From an uncultured Gemmatimonadales bacterium (lineage in GTDB: Bacteria; Gemmatimonadota; Gemmatimonadetes; Gemmatimonadales; Gemmatimonadaceae), in assembly GCA_963851265.1 (NCBI GenBank), contig CAWKNZ010000007.1, positions 224,001 to 288,000 on the forward strand: a stretch of DNA of 64,000 nucleotides. Direction: 5' to 3'. Numbering within the stretch: position 1 is the stretch's first letter; every line of letters begins with the position of its first letter. A program made the position numbers and the translations under genes. Under the pieces are notes generated by a model that saw only the letters and a program-made list of their open reading frames with translations, was not told the origin of the DNA and did no database searches. Below, piece by piece: positions 57,138 through 64,000 of this stretch.

Positions 57138-57177
57138 GACGCGTAAGCTACGCCGCCCTCGTCCGGCCGGCCCGGCC

Positions 57178-58197
57178 CTACTCCGCGCCCCGTCGCCAGC
57201 CTTCGATCAGCTGCCGCGAGATCGACATTCGGGACGGGATCGACACGCTCGAGTCGGCGAGCGCGGCGTCGAGTTCCGCGCGCGTGAACCACCGGGCGTC
57301 GCGCAGCTCGGTGCCGTCCACGCGCACCGCGCGGTCGCGCGCCCGTGCCGTGAACCCGAGCATGAGCGACTGCGGAAACGGCCAGGGCTGCGACGACACG
57401 TAGCGGACGTCGTCCACGCGCACGCCGGCCTCCTCGTACATCTCGCGCCGAACCGTGTCCTCAAGCGACTCGCCGGGCTCGACGAATCCCGCGAGGGTCG
57501 AGTACATCGCCGCCGGCCAGCTCGGCTGGTTGGCGAGTAGGCACGCCTCGTCGGCCGCGCCGGCGCCCTCCGGACGGTGCGTGATGAGCACGATGACCGC
57601 CGGGTCGGTGCGCGGAAAGTGGCGCGCCGTGCAGTTGGGGCACGCGCGCACGTGCCCGGCCTCCTCGACCGCGGTGGCCGAGCCGCACACGCCGCAGAAG
57701 CGGTGCCGGCCGTGCCACCAGATCATCGCTCGCGCGTAGGCGAGGAGCGCTCCGTCGTCCGCGGGCACCGCGAGTGCGGCAGGCCGCAACTCGCTCCACG
57801 CCGCACCGTCGCCGGCGCGGGCGAGCACGGCGTCGCCGTCGCTCGTCGGCACGTCGACCGCGATGTACGTCCGCCCTTCGCGCACTCCGAGGAGCACGGT
57901 CGTCCACGCGCCCGCGTCGCCGATCGCGTCGGCGAGCGGTCCGAACTCGGCTTCGGCGAGGGTGCGTGCGCGCGACCCGCCACCCGACGCGTCGGTCCCC
58001 GTCGGCGCCGTGACGAGTACCCGCCCTTCGCAGACGGGGACGACGCGCGCCGCGGGATCGGCGAACGCGGCCGCCACCCAGGCGGCGTCCGTGCGGCGTT
58101 CGGCGACGCGGTCGAGCGGAACGCCGCTCAGCGGATTGGGCGCGCGTTCGGCGCCGGCGGTGGTCGCGGGCGACGTGGTGGACGCGAAGGTCGACAT
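57178..58197 (-). CDS. nudC: NAD(+) diphosphatase
   Basis: HRFCGVCG..CPNC zinc ribbon, FPRTDPAVIV, Nudix box GFVEPGESLEDTVRREMYEEAG and SQPWPFPQS. Confidence 0.95.
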   Translation of the reverse strand: MSTFASTTSPATTAGAERAPNPLSGVPLDRVAERRTDAAWVAAAFADPAARVVPVCEGRVLVTAPTGTDASGGGSRARTLAEAEFGPLADAIGDAGAWTTVLLGVREGRTYIAVDVPTSDGDAVLARAGDGAAWSELRPAALAVPADDGALLAYARAMIWWHGRHRFCGVCGSATAVEEAGHVRACPNCTARHFPRTDPAVIVLITHRPEGAGAADEACLLANQPSWPAAMYSTLAGFVEPGESLEDTVRREMYEEAGVRVDDVRYVSSQPWPFPQSLMLGFTARARDRAVRVDGTELRDARWFTRAELDAALADSSVSIPSRMSISRQLIEGWRRGAE

Positions 58198-58323
58198 GCG
58201 GCGAGCTGGGAGACAGGCGAGGGGGCGCGTGGTGCGCTGCTCAACGTAGCCGTCGCGGTCGCGCGATCGGCCGCGCGGTAGGGACCACGAGGCCAGGCCC
58301 GCGGATCGCGCTCCCGAACTGCG

Positions 58324-59304
58324 CTACGCCCGCGGCAACGTCACCCGCAGCGCCCCGTTCACGTCGCCAACCGCCGCACCCTGCGCCTCGAGCAGCCGCC
58401 GCGCGAGCAGCGCGTCCGTGCCGCCCGAGGCCGGTGCGAGCGATGCCCACACCGCGCGCGCATCGCTGGCCGTCGTCAGCGTCAGTTCCGCACCGCTCTC
58501 GAGGGCGGTCGCCGCATCGCCCAGCAGCAACGCGAGTCCCGCCGTCAGCCGCGTTCGGTCGCCGACGGCGCGCGGGATGGCCGGCTCGAGCACCGCCCGC
58601 ACGCGCGCGCCGCGCACCCGCGCCTGCGCCTCGACCGCCGGCAGGACGGCGCGCACGACCTCGTCCATGCTCACCCACTCCCGGCGCGTCTCGAAGGCGC
58701 CACGGTCGACGTCGGCCAGTGCGCGCAGCCGGCGCATGGCCTCGGTCGCGCGGTCCGCCGCGTCGCGCGCATCGGCGAGCAATTCTTCTTGGTTCGGCGT
58801 CAGCTCACCGAACTGCGCGTCGAGCAGGATGTGCAGCGGAAGCCGCACGTCGTCGAGGCGCCGCGCGGCGAGCTCGCTAACCGCGGCCAACAGCGTGGCC
58901 TGCTCGATGAGCCGCGCCGCCATCGTGTTGGCCGCCTGCGCGCGTTCGGCCTCGCTCGCCGAGAGCGCCGTCCCGAGCCGGTCGACCGTTGCCTCGATTC
59001 GGTCGAGCTCGTCGACCGTACGCCCGGTCGCGGGCTCGCTCCGGGCTCCCGAAGCCGCGCGGCCCGCGAGGCGCTCGATGCGGGTTGCCAGGTAGCGCGT
59101 GTTGCGCCACGTCACGGCCACCGAGAGCACCGAGAGCGCGCCGGCGCCCCACACGAGTGTGAACGGGGCCTGCCGGTCGATCTCGCCGTAGTACGACAGC
59201 GCCACGACCAGCACGACCGCGAGGAGCGACGGGAGCAGCGCGAGGAAGAGCCGCTGCCCGACACGCAGCGTCGGGCGGGCGGCAAGCGACGACCGCGACC
59301 GCAC
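58324..59304 (-). CDS. Degenerate membrane histidine-kinase-like protein (KdpD C-terminal counterpart)
   Basis: 2 TM helices, HAMP-like segment (DELDRI), HisKA-like helices (HILLDAQFGELTPNQEELL) and a truncated HATPase-like fold. Confidence 0.7.
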   Translation of the reverse strand: MRSRSSLAARPTLRVGQRLFLALLPSLLAVVLVVALSYYGEIDRQAPFTLVWGAGALSVLSVAVTWRNTRYLATRIERLAGRAASGARSEPATGRTVDELDRIEATVDRLGTALSASEAERAQAANTMAARLIEQATLLAAVSELAARRLDDVRLPLHILLDAQFGELTPNQEELLADARDAADRATEAMRRLRALADVDRGAFETRREWVSMDEVVRAVLPAVEAQARVRGARVRAVLEPAIPRAVGDRTRLTAGLALLLGDAATALESGAELTLTTASDARAVWASLAPASGGTDALLARRLLEAQGAAVGDVNGALRVTLPRA

Positions 59305-59306
59305 GC

Positions 59307-60512
59307 TCAGGCCGCGTCTCCGCCCGGCCCGGGCACGGCCGGGAGGCGCCCGTCGACGTCGTCCTCGGGCGCGACGACGAGCACGTCGAGGCGGGACCCG
59401 CCGTCGAGCAGCCGCTCGACCACCGACCCGCGGCGCAGGCGGTACCAGCGCGAGCGCCGCGTCGCGCCCACCACGGCGAGCGTGACGCCGCGCTCCGCCG
59501 CGAACCGCGCGAGCGCCGCGGCGACGTCCTCTCCCTCGAGCTTCACCACCTCCGCGCCTAACGTCTGGGCGCGCTGGATGTTCTCGACGAGCCGCCGCTG
59601 CACGGCGGTGTCGATGCGGTCGGCCGACTCGGCGGCCGTCTGCACGTACACGCAGTACCAGTCGGAGTTGAGGCGCCCCGCGATGCGGCTCGCCTTGCGG
59701 AGCAGCACGCGCGAGAGCGGCGGGTCGCTCGACAGGCAGACCATCAGGCGATCGACGGCGCGGGGGGCGGCGCGAGGCGCGTCGGGCGCGCCCAGCCGCG
59801 CGATCCCCGCCTCGCGCCCGCGGTCCACGGCGCCGGCGACCTCGCGCAGGGCGAGTTCTCGCAGCGTCGAGAGGTTCTCGTCGGTGAAGAAGTGGGCGAG
59901 CGCCGCGTCGATCTTCTCCGCGCGGTAGATCTTCCCGTCGCGCAGCCGCTGGCGCAGGTCGTCGGCCGCGAGGTCGAGGTTGACCACCTGGTCGGCCTGC
60001 GCGACCACCCAGTCGGGCACCGTCTCGCGGACCGTGACGCCGAGTTCGCGCTCGACCACGTCGTTCAGCGACTCGAGGTGCTGCACGTTGACCGCCGAGA
60101 TCACGTTGATCCCCTCGTCGAGAAGGAAGATCACGTCCTGCCAGCGCTTCGCGTTCCGGCTGCCGGGCACGTTGGTGTGCGCGAGCTCGTCGACGAGGGT
60201 GACCTGCGGGCGGCGCGCGAGCACGCCGTCCACGTCCATCTCGTCGAGCGTGACGCCGCGGTACGCGATGCGTGCCCGCGGCACCACTTCCAGGTCCCCG
60301 AGCTGCGCGTCGGTATCGGCGCGCCCGTGCGTCTCGACGAAGCCGACGACGACGTCGACGTTGCGCCGCCTGAGGTCGTGGGCCTCCTGCAGCATGCGGT
60401 ACGTCTTCCCGACGCCCGCCGCCATGCCGACGTAGAGCTTCAGCTTCCCGCGCTCGCGACGCGTGACGAGGTCGAGGAACGACGGCGCGGCGTTGGGCGC
60501 GGGGGCGGTCAT
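59307..60512 (-). CDS. kdpD: KdpD N-terminal sensor domain + universal stress protein domain (split KdpD)
   Basis: GKLKLYVGMAAGVGKTYRML, ETHGR, LVDELAHTN, KRWQDV and NVQHLESLND, then a USP domain; no TM or kinase part. Confidence 0.9.
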   Translation of the reverse strand: MTAPAPNAAPSFLDLVTRRERGKLKLYVGMAAGVGKTYRMLQEAHDLRRRNVDVVVGFVETHGRADTDAQLGDLEVVPRARIAYRGVTLDEMDVDGVLARRPQVTLVDELAHTNVPGSRNAKRWQDVIFLLDEGINVISAVNVQHLESLNDVVERELGVTVRETVPDWVVAQADQVVNLDLAADDLRQRLRDGKIYRAEKIDAALAHFFTDENLSTLRELALREVAGAVDRGREAGIARLGAPDAPRAAPRAVDRLMVCLSSDPPLSRVLLRKASRIAGRLNSDWYCVYVQTAAESADRIDTAVQRRLVENIQRAQTLGAEVVKLEGEDVAAALARFAAERGVTLAVVGATRRSRWYRLRRGSVVERLLDGGSRLDVLVVAPEDDVDGRLPAVPGPGGDAA

Positions 60513-60573
60513 GGTCGCGAGGGCGGGGTCGCGAGGGCGTCGCGGGGTGTCGCGCGCGGAGCGGGTGCGCGCG

Positions 60574-61830
60574 TCAGAACGTGAGCGCCATCGACGTGAC
60601 CACGAATCCGTCCGCCTTGCGCGGATCGCCGCTCTTGCCGTTCGGGAACACGGCGTCGCGGTTGCGGAAGCCGCGCAGCTCGGTGCGGAAGAGCACGCGC
60701 GGCACCGGCGACACGTCGACGCCCACCGACGCGCCGTCGCCGCGGAACGCCGGGTTCGCGACCGAGGCAACCGCACCCGCGCCGTCCGTCGTCGCCAGTG
60801 GCACGTTCCGCGATCCGGTCGAGAGGATCACCTGGTCGGGGTCGGCGTAGCGCTCCACGCGCCCGACGAGCGCGACGTTCGACGTGATCTGGCCGCGGAG
60901 CACGGCGAGGAGCCCGTACCAGCTCGACGAGCCCGACGCGCCGTTCGGGCGGCGCTGCGTGCCGACGTCGGCCTCGCCCAACACGGTGATCGGCCCGCGG
61001 GTGACCTTCGCACCCACGCCGTTGAACGTGCGCAGCAGGTTGCCCGCCTCGTCGGTGAACAGGTTGTAGTAGCTCAGCGTGCTGTTGGCGTCGGGCGCGT
61101 AGTCGAGCCGCACCCCCGCGCCCTTGCCCGAGTTGTTCTCCGAGATGTTCTGCCACCCGTTCACCACGTCCATGCGCACCGTCAGCTTCGACGTCGCGGT
61201 GTAGGTGAATTTGACGCCCGCCGAGTAGTACGGTGAGTAGTCGGCGACGAGCGACCGCGTGTACGTCGGGTTGTCGCGCGAGATCCAGCTCTCCATCCCC
61301 ATGTTGGAGAAGAAGATGCCGCCGTCCACCCAGAGATTCTTCCCCAGCTTGTAGCCGGCCGTCGCTTCCTGCAGGTACTGCTGCACCGTCGGCCCGCTCA
61401 CCACGCCGTTGCGCGCCTCGCCGATGTAGTTGTCCTGCACGCTCGTGCCGAACTGCACGGCGAGGCGGCCGCGGTACCTGGGCGCGTCGAGCTTGGCTTC
61501 GACGTATGCGAGGTTGACGTTGAACTCGTTGTGCCGCGCGGGCTGGGTGGTGAACAGGGCGCCGCCCGCGAACGAGCGGTCGGTGGTCGGCGGGCGGCCG
61601 AAATCGTACGCGTAGTACCCGTCGAAGAAGCCGCCGAAGGTGACCTTGGGCGCCGTGTCGGGCGCGGCCGCCGCGCGCGCGCTCGTGTCGGCGGCCGGCG
61701 GCGCGGCCGTAGTCGCCTGCGCCCACAGCGCGGCCGGCGCGAGCGCGGCACCGAGGCACGCGGTGGTCGAGACCACCGCGCGGGGCGCCGCGCGGAACAC
61801 CGCGCGCGCGCGGGCAGAGAGAACGGACAT
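60574..61830 (-). CDS. Outer membrane beta-barrel porin (BBP2/OmpL-like) within the kdp operon
   Basis: Signal peptide; FGGFFDGYYAYDF, RHNEFNVNLA, YTRSLVADYSPYY and VNGWQNI; C-terminal Phe. Confidence 0.85.
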   Translation of the reverse strand: MSVLSARARAVFRAAPRAVVSTTACLGAALAPAALWAQATTAAPPAADTSARAAAAPDTAPKVTFGGFFDGYYAYDFGRPPTTDRSFAGGALFTTQPARHNEFNVNLAYVEAKLDAPRYRGRLAVQFGTSVQDNYIGEARNGVVSGPTVQQYLQEATAGYKLGKNLWVDGGIFFSNMGMESWISRDNPTYTRSLVADYSPYYSAGVKFTYTATSKLTVRMDVVNGWQNISENNSGKGAGVRLDYAPDANSTLSYYNLFTDEAGNLLRTFNGVGAKVTRGPITVLGEADVGTQRRPNGASGSSSWYGLLAVLRGQITSNVALVGRVERYADPDQVILSTGSRNVPLATTDGAGAVASVANPAFRGDGASVGVDVSPVPRVLFRTELRGFRNRDAVFPNGKSGDPRKADGFVVTSMALTF

Positions 61831-61835
61831 GGAAG

Positions 61836-62456
61836 TCAGCGAGAGGGAGCCGCCGCGGCCGGTGCGGCGGCGGTCGGGCGCGGGAACGCCGAGTCGACGG
61901 CGATGTTGAGCAGCAGCACGTTCACGCGCGGCTCGCCGAGGATACCGAACTGGCGTCCCTCGGTGTGCGCGTCGAGGAGGCGCTGCACGGCGTTGGGCGA
62001 TGCGCCGCGGGCGCGCGCGACGCGTGCCACCTGCAGCCGCGCGTTGGCCGGCGAGATGTGCGGGTCGAGCCCCGATCCGGAACTGGTCACCATGTCGGCG
62101 GGGATCCGCCCGCGCGTGGCGCCGTCTTCCTTGACGACCGCGTCGACGGCCTGCGCGACCAGCGTGTCGGCGAGCTTGCGGTCGGTCGGCCCCTTGTTGG
62201 TCCCGGACGACAGCGTGTCGTCGTACCCGTTGCCCGCCGCGGAGGGGCGCGGGTGGAAGTACTCGGCGCGCGCGAACGGCTGCCCGATGAGCGCGGAGCC
62301 GACCACTCGGCCGTTGACGCTGACGAGCGAGCCGTTGGCCTGCCGCGGGAAGAACACCTGCGCGAGCCCGGTCACGACGCCGGGGTAGACGACGCCCGTG
62401 AGCACGCAGAGCAGCAGCGTCAGCAGGATCGCGGGGCGGAACTGGTTCTTGAGCAT
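61836..62456 (-). CDS. kdpC: K+-transporting ATPase subunit C
   Basis: QANGSL, GSALIGQ, YFHPRPSA, VTSSGSGLDPHISP and GEPRVNVLLLN motifs. Confidence 0.96.
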   Translation of the reverse strand: MLKNQFRPAILLTLLLCVLTGVVYPGVVTGLAQVFFPRQANGSLVSVNGRVVGSALIGQPFARAEYFHPRPSAAGNGYDDTLSSGTNKGPTDRKLADTLVAQAVDAVVKEDGATRGRIPADMVTSSGSGLDPHISPANARLQVARVARARGASPNAVQRLLDAHTEGRQFGILGEPRVNVLLLNIAVDSAFPRPTAAAPAAAAPSR

Positions 62457-62465
62457 CGGAGTGTG

Positions 62466-64000
62466 TTAGACGAGGCGGAGCGCGACGAGCAGCACGTCGA
62501 TGAGCTTGATGCCGACGAACGGCACGATCAGCCCGCCAACGCCGTACACGAGCAGGTTGCGTCGCAGGATCGCCCCGGCCGACGCGGGGCGGTACGCCAC
62601 GCCGCGCAGCGCGAGCGGGATCAGCGCGACGATGATCAGGGCGTTGAAGATCACGCTGGCGAGGATCGCGCTCTCGGGCGAGTGCAGCCGCATGACGTTG
62701 AGCGACTCCAGCCCGCCGCGCGCGCCGTACACCGTGAGGAAGATCGCCGGGATGATCGCGAAGTACTTGGCCACGTCGTTCGCGATCGAGAACGTGGTCA
62801 GCGAGCCGCGGGTCATCAGCAGCTGCTTCCCGATCTCGACGATCTCGATGAGCTTGGTCGGGTTGGAGTCGAGGTCGACCATGTTCCCCGCCTCCTTGGC
62901 CGCCTGCGTCCCGCTGTTCATCGCCACCCCGACGTCGGCCTGCGCCAGCGCGGGCGCGTCGTTGGTGCCGTCGCCGGTCATCGCGACCAGCTTCCCGCCG
63001 CCCTGTTCGCGCCGGATGAGCGCCATCTTGTCCTCCGGCTTCGCCTCGGCGAGGAAGTCGTCCACGCCGGCCTCCTTCGCGATCGCGGCCGCCGTGAGCG
63101 GGTTGTCGCCCGTGATCATGACGGTGCGGATCCCCATCGCGCGCAGCCGGTCGAACCGCTCGCGCATGCCGCCCTTCACGATGTCCTTGAGGTAGATCAC
63201 GCCGAGGGCGCGCGCCGTGCCGTTCAGCCGCTCGGCGACGACGAGCGGCGTACCGCCCTCGCGCGCCACGCGTTCGACGGTGGCGCCCATCTCGGCGGGC
63301 GCACGTCCGCCGTGCTCCGCGAGCCAGCGTGCCACCGACTCGCCGGCGCCCTTGCGCACCTCGAAGCGCGCCGCGCCGTGGCCGACGTTGACGCCGCTCA
63401 TCCGCGTGCTCGCCGAGAAGGGCACGAACTCGGTCTCGCCCTGGCCGTCCGCGGCGCCGACCTCGCGCCCGCGCAGCCCGTACGCGTCCTTCGCGAGCAC
63501 CACGACGCTGCGCCCCTCGGGCGTCTCGTCGGCGAGTGAGGAGAGCTGTGCGCGGTCGGCGAGGTACGCCTCGTCGACGCCCGGCAGCGCGTAGAACGCC
63601 GCCGCCTGCCGGTTGCCTAACGTGATCGTCCCGGTCTTGTCGAGCAGGAGCGTGTTCACGTCCCCCGCCGCCTCGACCGCGCGCCCGCTCGTCGCGATGA
63701 CGTTCTGCTGGATCATGCGGTCCATCCCCGCGATGCCGATCGCCGACAGCAGCCCGCCGATCGTCGTCGGGATGAGGCAGACGAGCAGCGCGATGAGCAC
63801 CGGTACGCTCACCGGCGCGCCGGCGTACGCCGCGAACGGCTGCAGCGTCGCGACCGCGAGCACGAAGACGATCGTCAGCCCCGAGAGAAGGATGGTGAGC
63901 GCGATCTCGTTGGGCGTCTTCTGCCGGCTCGCGCCCTCGACGAGCGCGATCATCCGATCGATGAAGGTCTCGCCCGGGTTGGCCGCGATGCGCACGACGA
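62466..64000 (-). CDS. kdpB: K+-transporting ATPase subunit B (5' part outside window)
   Basis: [33 protein letters not shown] and [13 protein letters not shown] motifs. Confidence 0.97.
   Translation of the reverse strand, partial: VVRIAANPGETFIDRMIALVEGASRQKTPNEIALTILLSGLTIVFVLAVATLQPFAAYAGAPVSVPVLIALLVCLIPTTIGGLLSAIGIAGMDRMIQQNVIATSGRAVEAAGDVNTLLLDKTGTITLGNRQAAAFYALPGVDEAYLADRAQLSSLADETPEGRSVVVLAKDAYGLRGREVGAADGQGETEFVPFSASTRMSGVNVGHGAARFEVRKGAGESVARWLAEHGGRAPAEMGATVERVAREGGTPLVVAERLNGTARALGVIYLKDIVKGGMRERFDRLRAMGIRTVMITGDNPLTAAAIAKEAGVDDFLAEAKPEDKMALIRREQGGGKLVAMTGDGTNDAPALAQADVGVAMNSGTQAAKEAGNMVDLDSNPTKLIEIVEIGKQLLMTRGSLTTFSIANDVAKYFAIIPAIFLTVYGARGGLESLNVMRLHSPESAILASVIFNALIIVALIPLALRGVAYRPASAGAILRRNLLVYGVGGLIVPFVGIKLIDVLLVALRLV

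Noticed and set aside
1473..63622. GTTAGGC/GCCTAAC as integron attC core and inverse-core sites (GTTRRRY/RYYYAAC)
   Set aside because: Copies are mostly inside housekeeping CDSs and never paired within ~60-140 bp as a hairpin. There is no integrase or cassette array. They are also not tandem, so not a telomere-like repeat

Overview
Very GC-rich bacterial DNA (roughly 70-75% by eye), densely coding. SusC/SusD pairs of this style together with the high GC suggest Gemmatimonadota (inference). From left to right: an NRAMP transporter plus OprB/MnoP-like porin, a GH15 hydrolase, a ZIP transporter, a first SusC/SusD pair, kup, a complete 908-bp IS5-family element inserted at the stop codon of a small gene, and a CocE/NonD hydrolase. 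Next is a PUL-like alpha-glucan/trehalose region of about 30 kb: (alpha/alpha)6 hydrolase, SusC/SusD, two FG-GAP/ASPIC-UnbV lipoproteins (one frameshifted), a vanadium-haloperoxidase-like lipoprotein, GH13, two MFS transporters, a GH100-like enzyme, a P-loop kinase, trehalase, glgC, GlgM-type glgA and an SSS symporter. It is followed by a cyanophycin locus (iadA, cphB, cphA, and a CphA paralogue lacking the ATP-grasp domain), several hypothetical genes (a kinase N-lobe fragment, a signal-peptide Hcp-like protein), hldD, nudC, and the end of a kdp operon with a porin, a split KdpD and a degenerate histidine kinase. The most striking unexplained signal is a dispersed heptamer/octamer, (C)GTTAGGC / GCCTAAC(G). 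It has at least 23 perfect copies on both strands and in several reading frames, and it accounts for most of the TTA codons I noticed. No rRNA, tRNA or CRISPR array was seen.
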